The notes beneath the pieces were generated by a model, which worked only from the letters and a program-made list of their open reading frames with translations, did not search any database and had not been told where the DNA came from. This document shows positions 37,170 through 49,062 of a stretch of DNA of 64,000 nt, piece after piece. This DNA comes from Octopus sinensis (lineage: Eukaryota): assembly GCF_006345805.1 (NCBI RefSeq), contig NC_043001.1, positions 79,174,001 through 79,238,000 of the forward strand, in the 5' to 3' direction. Position numbers and translations under genes: made by a program. Positions within the stretch are counted from its first letter, which is position 1, and every line of letters begins with the position of its first letter.

Positions 37170-37860
37170 GAATCGATCTTCTCGTACTTCTTCCTAAATA
37201 ATTTTCTAGTCTTTCTGTTGCAGTTTTTTTTATCAGTTTTCTATTTTTGTCGGCACATTCCTTCTGGGTGTGTTGCAGGTATTTTCTATTTATATTATTA
37301 ATAGTTAGTGGCTTCGTTACTGCACTGGACAAAATATTTTGCTGCATTTTGGGGGGTTTATTATCCGAGTTCAAATTCAAATGAGGTCATCTTTGCCTTT
37401 CCTCCTTTCGATGTCGATGAATTCATCTGTATTTTCTTCCCCAGAAAAATTCCAGACTTGGTGCATATAACGGAAATGATTACTATTATTTTCTGACTGT
37501 ATTCCGCAGCTAAGTGTGTTAAGCATATTTACGTCTATTATTTGTAGTGTTGATTTTAGAATTTAATACAAGTCTAGACCTCCTATAATTCATTTTCTAA
37601 TTGTCTCTTGCTTCTTTGTCAGTTGTATCTTACCAATTTCTCTTGCTCTTAAGTATTTGCAAAGGTTGTGTCGTCGTAATTCTTTAATTCCCGTTTCTAT
37701 CTAATTCAATATTCTAAAATTCCTGTTAATTTTCTAAATCTAACAATAGCTATTCCACGCCATTCTAATCCCAACAGTCTTTTATATGTCTTGTTTGAAA
37801 TGATGAATAATTATATGTACGTTTTTCAACTGGGTGTCCTCGTAAATATTTCGCATCATG
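37170..37860 (-). mobile_element. Highly decayed R4/Dong RT-region remnant, interrupted by a SINE-B fragment (~37310-37480)
   Basis: Minus strand ...CKYLRAREIGKIQLTKKQETIRK*...ILKS resembles YKYLG..E...I....K..IRKEY...ILKS; KTATERLENYL resembles the post-RT motif. Confidence 0.5.
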
Positions 37861-37892
37861 CATACAATGATGATTTATAGCATAGGGTCATT

Positions 37893-38436
37893 GAGGCGCA
37901 TTGCTTAGTGGTTAGGGTATTCGACTCATGAATCTAAGGTTGTGGGCTCAATTCTCGGTGATGCGTTGTATCTTTGAGCAAGATACTTTATTTCACGTTG
38001 CTCCAGTCAACTCAGCGGGCAAAAATCCAACGGACAGCCTTATCACGCTCTGTCACACGCAGAGAACTACGTTAAGAGTCCACGTCTCTGTGCAATGCTG
38101 AACAATTTGCATGGCACTATCCGGTACTCCGTCGGCTACGACAATGAGGGTTCCAGTTAATCCGATTAACGGAAAAAACCTGCTCGTGCGATTAACGTAC
38201 AAGTGGCTGAGTACTACACGGACAAGTGTATACTTCACGTAGTTCAGAGTGAGATTCTGCGTGAAATGGAATGTGACAAGGCTGTCCGTTTGAATTACAA
38301 GTACTACTCATTCATGCCAGCTGAGTGGCCTGGAGCAACATGTAATGAAGCATCTTGCTCAACGCGCCGACGAGTATGAAGCTCACGACCTTTCGATCGT
38401 GAGCCGAATACGCTATGCATTAAAGCATGCGCCTTC
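37893..38436. mobile_element. Two family-D SINEs, tail-to-tail (37893-38101 plus, 38104-38436 minus)
   Basis: tRNA-like heads at both outer ends; shared CORE-like block and GAGAACTACGTTAAG block in opposite orientation. Confidence 0.75.
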
Positions 38437-38597
38437 ACTCATAAAATATTTTCTATATGAAGGCAGCCATACCATCTGCTTAAAATCTCTGCACTACACC
38501 AACGGCCACGTATGAATATGGGAGAGCTTTTGGACACCACTCTCTATGTAGTCAATAGCTATCCATATTTTCGTGTGACAATATTGCAATCGAGTCT

Positions 38598-39736
38598 AAG
38601 CGGCGAGCTGGCAGAGTCGTTAGCACGTCGGGCGAAATGCTTAGCGGTATTTCGTCGGTCGCTACGTTCTGAGTTCTTATTCCGCCGAGGTTGACTTTGC
38701 CTTTCATCCTTTCGGTGTCGATTAAAGAAGAAACAGTTACGCACTGGGGTTGATGTAATCGGCTTAAACCGTTTGTCTGTCCTTCATTGTTCTCTCTGTG
38801 TTTAGCCCCTTGTGGGTAGTAAAAACGTAGGTATTTCGTCTGCCGCTACGTTCTGTGTTCAAATTCCGCCGAAGTCGACTTTGCCTTTCATCATTTTGGG
38901 GTCGATTAAATAAGTACCAGTTACGCACTGGGGTCGATATAATTGACTTAATCCGTTTGTCCGTCCTTGTTTGTCCTCTCTGTGTTTAGCCCCTTGTGCG
39001 TAGTAAAGAAATAGGTATTTCGTCCGTCTTTAAAGGCGACGAGCTGGCAGAATCGTTAGCACACCGGGTGAAATGCTTAGCGGTATTTCGTCTGCCGTTA
39101 AGCTCTGAGTGCAAATTTCGCAGAGATCGACTTTGCCTTTCATCATTTCGGGCCGATAAATTAAGTACCAGTTACGCAATTGGGTCGATATAATCGACTT
39201 AATCCTACTGTCTGTCCTTGTTTGTCCCCTCTGTTTTTGGCCGTCTGTGGGTAGTAAAGAAATAGGTATTTCTTAGTTCAAATTCCGCCACGGTCGACTT
39301 TGCCCCTCATCCTTTCGGGATCGATAAATTAAGTACCAGTTGTGTACTGGGGTCGATGTAATCGACTGGCTCCCTTCCCCAAACATTTTGGGCCTTGTGT
39401 GCCTATAATAGAAAGGATAAATTTAGTACCAGTTGCTTACTGGGGTCGATGTAATCGACTATCCCCCTCCCCAAAACTTTCGGGCCTTTTGCCTAAAGTA
39501 GAAAAGAATAGTGTCAGCGGCGAACTGGTTGAAACGTTAGCACGCCTGCCGAAATGCTAAGCGTTATTTCGTCTGTCTTTACGTCGTTAGTTCAAATTCC
39601 ACCGAGGTCGACTTTGCCTTTCATTCTTTCGGAGTCGATGAATTAAGTACCAATTCCGTACTGAGGGGAGGGCCTATCTAATCGACTGACCCCCTCCCCA
39701 AAACTTCGGGCCTTGTGCCTAAACTACAAAGGAATA
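38598..39736 (+). mobile_element. SINE-B array (three heads, at least five body units)
   Basis: TATTTCG at 38648, 38832 and 39016 (184-bp period); new heads at ~39031 and ~39515; partial duplicate of the tail-2 end at 39418-39510. Confidence 0.9.
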
Positions 39737-40379
39737 TTTCAATAGTGTCCGAGCCAAGAAAAATATTAGTAGGTTATACTGTCTCTTTAAAAAATTCCCT
39801 CTCATCTTTATTTAATTATCTTTTCTTCAATTTTGGCTTCCTCTTTTGTCATGGCATCATTGAAGTATTTTGTTAGAATTGAAAATATTTTATTTATAAT
39901 GAATGTCTGCAATGACTAAGTGTGCTAGTTTATCTAATGCTTTCATGCGATCAATCTAGGCCATGCTAAACATTTTAATTAGTTCTTCTCACCTGTTGTT
40001 CTTTAGAACTATACATCTATTTCCAGCGCTTTTCTCCTCCTCTTTAAATCCATTGCCCAGCTTTTGTAGAATATGGATACAAATAGGGCAAAATACACGT
40101 GGAATTTTTTCCGGAAGTTTTGCCTTTCATTATTTCTGCATCGATAATAGAATACTGGACATATCTACCTGAAACCAGGCTTATTTGTATTAAAGTAGCA
40201 AGGATAAATTGCATACATAATCTTCCTTTCAACTTGTCTGTAAATATGAACAGGATTACCAATGCTAGATGTTCGTTGACTTCATATCTGCTCAATTGAG
40301 ACTTGATTTAAGGTCAATAACAAAAACGCGAAGAAATTGTGACATATTGCATTGATGATAATAGTTATTTCCAATATAG

Positions 40380-40620
40380 ACAAAAAATACCTGAAATTTG
40401 AGAGCGGGTAGAATATTACGTCGATTCCAGTACGAAACTTGACACCAGCGGAGGTTGAATTCAGAAGCTAAGGCCGGAAGAAATATTCCTAAGCCTTTTC
40501 CTCGTGCGCTAACGATTCTACCAGCACGCCCCCTTGTATTATTTTCGTCTCTAGGCACAAGACTGAAAATTTTTGGTGAGGGGGCCAGTCGATTAGCTAG
40601 TACTTAATTCATCGACTCCG
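40380..40620 (-). mobile_element. Degenerate SINE-B fragments
   Basis: GCTAACGATTCTACCAGC head (reverse complement) and a tail-2 block. Confidence 0.65.
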
Positions 40621-40649
40621 AATATTTATAATTTGAAGAATGTATGCCA

Positions 40650-40860
40650 TAGTTGCTGCTGTGTGGCATGGTGCAGAGACTTATTGCTAAATATATAGTC
40701 TTCCAACCAGCCACTCTCTTCAGCAAGGGCCGCACTATCTCCTCCAGGTACTTGGTGTAGTCCTCCGTGTTGAGTCTGAGGCCGTTTGGGAAGATGAATG
40801 GAGGCATAACTAGTGAACATTCCAAATACCATGATTCTGGATGTTTGCTTTTTATCACTC
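40650..40860 (-). mobile_element. maT/DD37D (Tc1/mariner superfamily) transposase remnant
   Basis: KSKHPES...VMPPFIFPNGLRLNTEDYTKYLEEIVRPLLKRVAG resembles KHP..MV....VMPP..F..GLR.N...Y...LE.VV.PW. Confidence 0.85.
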
Positions 40861-41129
40861 TCGGTACGTGTCTTCAGATTCCACTGTCCTCAGTTTGACA
40901 CCCAAACACTGTGAAATCTTCATACTGGAGTTTCTGCCGCGAATGCCAACCAGTACAGTATGCAGTTTCCAAATTTCTGACCGAGAGAATTGAGTCATGG
41001 TGCTGTTCTTCTCACAAAAAGTGCCCCACTGACGCTACTATTCTGCCTGGTCGATTAAATCACATACAAACAATGCGCTTGGGCGAAATAAAAAATATGA
41101 AATGGTGACAATTTACCCATCGACCCTAT

Positions 41130-41141
41130 ACATACATATAC

Positions 41142-41173
<32 letters not shown>

Positions 41174-41239
41174 GAATATATATCTAAATATAAATATATA
41201 CATATATATATACACAGATTTATATATATATAATATATA

Positions 41240-41293
<54 letters not shown>

Positions 41294-41356
41294 TATATAT
41301 ATATGTATATATATATGTATATGTATATTTATATATGTATATATATATATATATGG
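41130..41356. repeat. (TA)n microsatellite
   Basis: Direct. Confidence 0.95.
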
Positions 41357-43031
41357 ATAGAACACGTTATTGAATGTAGTCGTACATTATATTAAAAAGA
41401 TTGGATGGTCAAAGCTGAATTGTCTTTGAAACATGGTCTGAAATTGTTCAGTTAGTGTTGACATGAGTTTAACAAAAGTAACGACATCAACAACAACAGC
41501 AACACTAACAGAACAAACTCATTAATCTGCATATGTTATATTCACACAATTCATGCAGACAATGTCTGCCGGGGAGGTGAACGAGGTTGAACGGTACGGA
41601 TAGACGAAAACGATTAAACCGATTTTCGATGGAGTAAAGATGTCAGTCATCTTAGCAGCGGACACACTTTAAAACAAAGTTTAATAGTTTCTAACTTGAT
41701 TAAGACTCCACCCATTTTCATTTGTAAGAATTAGCAAGAACTTAAAGAAACCACTACAGCTATTTCCACTACCACACGCAACGACAAAGACAAACATCGC
41801 CGACAAAAGCAACGACAATTAAAAAAAAGTGGCTGTAATGAAAAAAATATAACGGAAAACATTCTGAAAAATTACTATAAAAGATATATAAAACAAAATC
41901 ATTATAGAATTTTCAATAAAAAGTTTAAAAAGAGCACCAAAAATAAAAAAAGAAATTTCAACACGAATATAAAGTTTCAATGTAAAACAACAAAACAATG
42001 AAAAGTCATTATAAAACTTTCAATGAAAGAAAGAAAGAAGGAAGGAAAGAAAGAAATAAAGAATTATAAAAGTTTCATTGAAACATTACAAAACAATAAA
42101 TAAATAAATATTTCTAGAAAATTTTCAATAAAATCGCCACAAAAAGAAAAACACTCGAAAATCTTCTTAAAAAAATCTATATAAAAAAAAACAATGTAAA
42201 ACGTTCAATAAAAAATACGAACTAATAATGAAAAATGTTTAGAACAATGAAAAAAAATACAGAAAAATCATAAAAATCTCACAAGGAAACAACGAAAAAA
42301 TTAATGAATATAAAACCAAAAATAATTAAAGAATGAAAAAATATATAAATATATATATGTAATTGCCAAAAAAACAAGAAAACAAAACCAATATGTAAAC
42401 AAATATATGGAGAAAATAATATATATATGTATATATATATATTTAAAAGTATTCTGCGGGGCTGGGGAACGTGGTTTGATTTAACACGTGACCAAGTTTT
42501 ATTGATCACATGGCATTAATTTCGTCAATGGCGTGTTGAGTTGCGGATATTTTGCAGAAACAATATACATGAATACAATGCACACCATCGTGTCTCCCAA
42601 TTTGTGTTTTTCGACGTTTTTACGTCTTAAGCTTCGTCTTTTCTTAGCTTACGTACGCTCGTTTCCTATATTGTCATTTAAGAATTCTATTTTTATCATT
42701 GTAAAATGCATCTCAGTGACCCTATGTACGCACACATATTTGTGTAGTTCCATAGAGAAATACATATACACATTACGTACACACACAGACACCCATTCAG
42801 GCAAACATACTGGTTTCAAATTCTGGTGCAAGGCAGTAATTTCATGTCGGAGCCAAGTCGATAACCTGGACCCTAGTGTTTAACTGGTACACTTGTTTTA
42901 TCAAATTCGAAAATATAAAACCAAAGTTGACCTCAGCGACATTGGAAATCATAATGATATGGTTGAAGAAATGTCTCTAAGCATTCGGAATGTGTAGTTA
43001 TTCTGCCAGCGCAACGCGTTATATATATATG

Positions 43032-43068
<37 letters not shown>

Positions 43069-43069
43069 G

Positions 43070-43102
<33 letters not shown>

Positions 43103-43211
43103 CGCTAAATGTGACTAGGATGTTAGAAAACACTTATATTGCTAGAAATAAGAGCTAAACCGCTCTAATTTTGTAGTTAACGCACATAAATGCAAATATA
43201 TACAATAACAG

Positions 43212-43387
43212 GGATCATAATCGTTCGAAAAGTTCCGATAGAAAATTCTTTATGTTGACGCATCAGTTTCAGCAATTTCCGTCGCCTCATCATTTACGAC
43301 AGCTCGACTTGAGGCGACGGAAATTGCCGAAACAGACGCGTCAGTTTTAAGAACTCTCGATCGGCACTTTTCGAACAGTTATGATCC
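43212..43387. repeat. 176-bp foldback palindrome (arms ~78 bp, 20-nt spacer)
   Basis: GGATCATAA...CCGTCGCCTCA / TGAGGCGACGG...TTATGATCC. Confidence 0.9.
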
Positions 43388-43469
43388 ATGTTATTGTATA
43401 TATTTTCCTTTATGCTTTCATTTCTCATCGTCTTCAACGTTTTTTATGCCCTGTACCCATAGATGCATG

Positions 43470-43855
43470 TATATATACATATAGATGTCGGTATGTACAT
43501 ATATGCATGTATATATGCAGATTTTTAATATTATTTATATTATATATATATATATATATACATATATACATATATACATATATATATATATACATATATA
43601 TATGCATATATATATACATACACACACACACAGATATATATATATATATATATAAACATTTATGTAAAAGTGAAATCAAATTGGTAAAATAGTTTGAAAT
43701 GCCATGTAATTTTATATTTCGATATAAGCTGTCGAATTACAATTTTCTTATATATACATATAGATGTAGGTATGTACATATATGTATGTATATATGCAGA
43801 TTTTATATATTATTTATGTTATATATATACATATATATATGTATATATATATTAT

Positions 43856-43903
<48 letters not shown>

Positions 43904-44039
43904 TATATATATATATACATACACACACACATATATATATATAAATATTTATGTAAAAGTGAAATCAAATTGGTAAATTAGTTTGAAATGCCATGTATTT
44001 TTATATTTCGATATGAGCTGTCGAATTACAATTTTCTCA
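43470..44039. repeat. Local tandem duplication (~290 bp x2)
   Basis: The unique block TTTATGTAAAAGTGAAATCAAATTGGTAAA...CTGTCGAATTACAATTTTCT occurs twice with its TA flanks. Confidence 0.85.
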
Positions 44040-44152
44040 TATATATACGTGTGTGTGTGTGTGCGCGCGCGTGTGTATACACACACTATTCAAATAAGAG
44101 CTACACACAGTTTCCTGAAAACATGAAAATCCGGCAGATTTATAGAACATAC

Positions 44153-44235
44153 CTTGCATTTCCATGCAATCTTCCACGCTCGGTGAAATGATATTTATCT
44201 CCCACAGGATGGAGTACTTCTTTTGTTGATCCTAC
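44153..44235 (-). CDS. Candidate 83-bp coding exon, product unknown
   Basis: Acceptor TTTACTCTACCGTTATAG, strong donor AAG|GTATGT. Only frame 0 is open: VGSTKEVLHPVGDKYHFTERGRLHGNA. Confidence 0.4.
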
Positions 44236-44749
44236 CTATAACGGTAGAGTAAATTATTCCAACATACGTGCGTGTGTTTGCATATATGCATATATGTGCG
44301 TATGTAATTGTGCATATGTGTGCATTTATATATGTAGCTATATTTATGCAGACATACATGGAGAAAGAAAGAAGGAAGGAATGAAAGAAAGGGAGAAAGA
44401 AATAACGAAAGAAAGAAAGAAAGAAAGAGAAAGAGAGGTGGGAAGTAAAGAGGCATAATATCAGTTTGGTACCCTACAACCTATATTTCTAATTGTAACT
44501 TTCAGAAAATTACGAACGTCTTAATGAAATTTTATAGCGATAGATTTTCCTTGGAGAAGAATCTGGAAATGCTGATAAAAATTTAGAAATAATAAGATAC
44601 AATATTGTAAAAATTAAAATGGCAAATTTGTTTAATTTTACTTCATGGTAAAAATAATTTCTTCTGAAAATTAGCATAATTCTATTCTGTTGAATGCGTA
44701 GAAAGAAATTTGATAAAAGTTAAAATTTTTATGTATACATACATATATA

Positions 44750-44796
<47 letters not shown>

Positions 44797-45019
44797 TAGT
44801 TATCGTCAAGCTAATATGGCAATCCATCAATATAGGATGAAAGCTACCGTTGATTAGCTCCAAGAGGCCATCGCATCTAGTTGCTAATGACACCACGAAC
44901 CTGTGCCCATTATACCTTCGAACATGGTAGGTCAGCTGTTTCCCCTTGCTGGTCAGGCATCTGCAGAGATGTTTCAGGGTATTTGCCCTTTATCAATGCA
45001 GAATAGCCGATCTACTCTT

Positions 45020-45053
<34 letters not shown>

Positions 45054-45298
45054 ATATATATATATATATATATATTATAGTTATCGTCAAGCTAATATGG
45101 CAATCCATCATATAGGATGAAAGCTACCGTTGATTAGCTCCAAGAGAGCATCGCATCTAGTTGCTATATGACACACGAACCTGTGTCCATATACCCTTCG
45201 AACATGGTAGGTCAGCTGTTTCCCCTTGCTGGTCAGGCATCTGCAGAGATGTTTCAGGGTATTTGCCCTTATCAATGCAGAATAGCCGATCTACATCT

Positions 45299-45300
<2 letters not shown>
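44797..45300. repeat. Local tandem duplication (~225 bp unique block x2)
   Basis: 44797-45020 and 45077-45300 differ mainly by small indels and base swaps. Confidence 0.9.
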
Positions 45301-45342
<42 letters not shown>

Positions 45343-45575
45343 ATATATATACGTATATTTGTGTATATATATGTTATATATATATGCATATATGTATATT
45401 ATGTATATAGATGTATATATATATTGTATATTATATATTATATATATATCATACATTCCATACATAATACATGCATATATATATATATATAAATGTATAT
45501 ATACATATATATATAATACATACATACATGCATATATATTATATATTATATACATACATACATACATGCTTATAT

Positions 45576-45609
<34 letters not shown>

Positions 45610-45711
45610 ATATATATATAAAACAATGCCTTATTTTCTATGATGTTATCTTTATATATGACAAATTCAAAATGTTCAGAAATTTATACAAACGCATAAT
45701 AACTGTGTCAA

Positions 45712-45875
45712 AATTTAGCACAAGGCCAGTAAGTTCGGAGTTGTGTCTAAGTTAATGAACCAAATCCCAGTTCTCAAATGGTACTTTTTTTATTGACTCT
45801 GCAACGATGAAAGCCAATACCAACATCGGCAGAATTTGAACTCATGAAGTAAAGGCAGATGAAACGCCGCTAAGC
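45712..45875 (-). mobile_element. Degenerate SINE-B
   Basis: GGCAGAATTTGAACTCA and CACAAGGCC blocks. Confidence 0.65.
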
Positions 45876-46065
45876 ATTTTTTAATGATGTACTGTAGAAA
45901 GCACTTAAATATTTACGCATTTGTTCCCTTTACTTAAGGAATGAAGATTTAATTTTGTGGCGTTGTATACTCATTGCCTGCCACCCAACCAAGTAAGTGC
46001 ACTGGATCTACATCTGTTATATCAACAATCCGTATCTTTTATTTAGCTCTTCTGTCTCTCTTCAG

Positions 46066-46154
46066 CACATTCCTGGTTATATCAAAGGTGACTGGAGCAA
46101 TGAAACAAGAAGCCAAGCAAAATTTATATCGATTACTGTTAGATATATGTGTCA
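46066..46154 (+). CDS. Candidate 89-bp exon, product unknown
   Basis: Strong acceptor GCTCTTCTGTCTCTCTTCAG and donor TCA|GTGAGT. Two frames open (HIPGYIKGDWSNETRSQAKFISITVRYMC or TFLVISKVTGAMKQEAKQNLYRLLLDICV). Confidence 0.35.
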
Positions 46155-46628
46155 GTGAGTCAGTCTGTAAATCTGTGTGCTAGTTAGAGTACGTGTGTGT
46201 ATGTATGTGTTGTTTCAGTCCTGGACAATTTCTAATCAATAACAGCTTGATCGAGTTCTGTATGAAAATATCCAAACTAATTATGTCTTTTAATTCTTAA
46301 AGCAGTAACATGTGTTTTGACAAAATGTTGTGTCCACTGTCAGTAAATCTCCAGACTACAGAGCAGCCATCTTGTTCGATGGCTTGTCGATTTTTTTCCC
46401 GTTTCTTCGTGGGTGGAGGTTTCCTAATTCAAATCGTCTCTATCTATATCTTTCATAATGACAAATTGTATACATACAAATTGTGTACACTTGTGTGCAA
46501 ACCTCGATTTAATAAACATTCGCCGCAGTTCAAATCTACAGGCTTGTATGGATAGTAGAAATTCACGTTTTGTTTATGCTGCCGTTTCCTACACCAAATA
46601 ATAATAATGATAATAATAATAATAATAA

Positions 46629-46881
46629 TTTATTAGTTGAATGATATTTCAACAGTACGTCTGTCTTTGTCAATTTCAAAATATGAAGTGATAAAAATTC
46701 AAAATTACAGAAATTTAAACGTAAAGTATGAACGAGGGCACCTAGCGTCCACACGTTCAAGGACGCTAGATGCTCTCGTTCATACTTTACGTTTAAATTT
46801 CTGTAATTTTGAATTTCTATCAATTCTTATTTGAATTTGACAAAGACAAACGTACTGTTGAAATATCGTTCATCTAATAAA
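46629..46881. repeat. 253-bp foldback palindrome (arms ~122 bp, 10-nt loop)
   Basis: ...AAACGTAAAGTATGAACGAG.GCA.CTAGCGTCC-ACACGTTCAA-GGACGCTAG.TGC.CTCGTTCATACTTTACGTTT... Confidence 0.92.
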
Positions 46882-46955
46882 ATATCTTACAATTGAACCG
46901 CGCTCTTCGTCTTGACTGTTTACCTTTGTGAAGAGTTACTTCAAACCTTTTTAAA

Positions 46956-47020
<65 letters not shown>

Positions 47021-47036
47021 TAATATAATATTATAA

Positions 47037-48162
47037 TCTGACAACAGAGATGAACGGACCGGTACCCTACGAAAATGACGACCGTCAAAATAACGGACCG
47101 GACGTTGATCCTCATGTCCCGCAAATAAAACCCAAAAGACATAAATGGACACGTGAGGAATGCATTTCTATCCTACACGCTCACTTTACAGTTCTACCCA
47201 AAAGAAGGAAAACACAACAACACATACATATAAAATATGGAAGGAAAATAACATAAATATAGACTTGGATACAGCAATGAACCCTAATAAACTAGCTAAC
47301 GTACGATGATACATTCTCAACGCAAAAAAAAATATCAGAAATAGAAATAGAACATCTGAAAGAAAAAAAATACACCAGGAAAATGTAGATAGGAGCCACA
47401 CAACAATGCCCAATAATATAAACACTGAAACAGTAAAACACGAAGACAAACGTAACATTCCCAACAAACACGATGTAAACAAAGAAACAACAAACCCAGA
47501 CCGTAATGATGCAAATAATACACGACAAACAGCAAGCCAAAACACGACGAACAACATATAAATAGAAAGAAGTGACACAAATCTAAAACCTGGAAACAAT
47601 GAAGGGGAACCTAATGATTATGATAATATAAAAAGTAGAATAATCAAAGAACTGAAAACCACAGAGCTCAAAATGAACCACCGACCATAACTCTCAAAAA
47701 TCAAAATAGACGAAACAACAACACCAATTATAAACAGCATAAACCTAGCCGTCACCGAACTAATAGCCACTGAAACAAAAAGCGATATCACTGAGCTAAA
47801 TGACTTAGTATATGCAGCAGCCACTGTAGCCACAGAAGAAGCTGGATACTCACTCAAACCCGTCCAAACAGGAGTACCACTACTCAATCAAACCCTGTGG
47901 ATAAATAACATCCAAAACAAAATTAAAAAAATGAGACACGATCTGTCGATTCTTAATGAAATCAGTAGACAATGAACGCTACTGAGCAACAAAAAGAAAA
48001 CAAAAATACAAATAAAACACAGCACATACTACTAGGCACTGCACACATCCTACGTAGAACACTTTCCATACAATAACCATCAGAGCATCACAACAAATCA
48101 CAGCACATACCCAAGGCACATACCCGGTAGTGAAGTGAAAGCACGCTAAAAAATTAAAACTA

Positions 48163-48165
<3 letters not shown>
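47037..48165 (+). mobile_element. Internally deleted R4/Dong LINE (N-terminal ORF region fused to last codons + 3' UTR) in (TAA)n
   Basis: N-terminal KRHKWTREEC...NKLANVR...ITELNDLVYAAATV...KIKKMRHDLSIL joins at ~48020-26 to ILLGTAHILRRTLSIQ* and a UTR ending ACTACTG(AAT)n. RT and RLE are absent. Confidence 0.8.
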
Positions 48166-48230
<65 letters not shown>

Positions 48231-48269
48231 TGTTTCAAATCCTGACTCAAGGTCAGCAATTTCATCGAT

Positions 48270-48445
48270 CCCAGTGCAAAATGCTTTCGTCCGTCTTTAC
48301 GTTCTGAGTTCAAATTCCGCCTAGGTCTATTTTCCCTTTCATTATTTCGAGGTTGATAAAATAAGTACCAGATGAGCACTGGGGTCGATACAAACGACTA
48401 GCTTCTTCCGATAAAACTTCAGGTTTTCTACCTATAGAAGAAAGC
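48270..48445 (+). mobile_element. SINE-B (5' truncated), tail 2
   Basis: B box, central block and TAGAAGAAAGCATTATT end. Confidence 0.8.
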
Positions 48446-48618
48446 ATTATTTAAGAAGCTGAGTAAGTTGTTCATGTCATTTTCTTGCCTCAGCTATATC
48501 ATTTAAACGGTATGTGGGTAGTTGAATCAAGATGATAAAATCTAGAATGTGGAATGTCTCTACTTCAAGGACGTCAACTTCTAGTTTTGCGAGTGAAATC
48601 AAAAATCTTCCTCGGTGA

Positions 48619-49062
48619 TGTTCAGCCACTGACAACATCTCTGAAGAAACCAGTCACCAGCTTTGGATGAAAAACGTGAGAATGGCGTTCCTCCAAGTAA
48701 CATTGGAATCTCAACCAGTGCGAAAGATCTTCGTAGCTCAGGACCACCACAGATTCTGTGAAAAACACTCAGCGGCTTGAGAATGGAAGTACGACGATCA
48801 AAATTTGCTTTGTTTCGATGGATCTTCAACCAACTGTGAATATGGCGAAACATACCATGCTAGGGAGCACAGCATTGTGTACCTTGTATAACCCAATACA
48901 TGCAGTTCAAAAGACCTTGAGAATATCAGTGCAAAGAACTATGTAAAGAAATGGGAAACTACATTATTACCATTATGGATCGAAGAATCGAAAGGAGATC
49001 AACAACATCTCAGGACTCTTTATATTCGTATTAGTAAAGATTATACGTCAGATTTAAACTGA
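48619..49062 (+). pseudogene. Possible decayed coding sequence (TE or pseudogene), unassigned
   Basis: One frame has only two internal stops over 148 codons (48778, 48889); includes LLCFDGSSTN. Confidence 0.3.

Noticed and set aside
39960-40300. Possible decayed RTE-type LINE on the minus strand
   Set aside because: Only a vague resemblance (KSWAM...ALE); no convincing motif chain, so it was not annotated.
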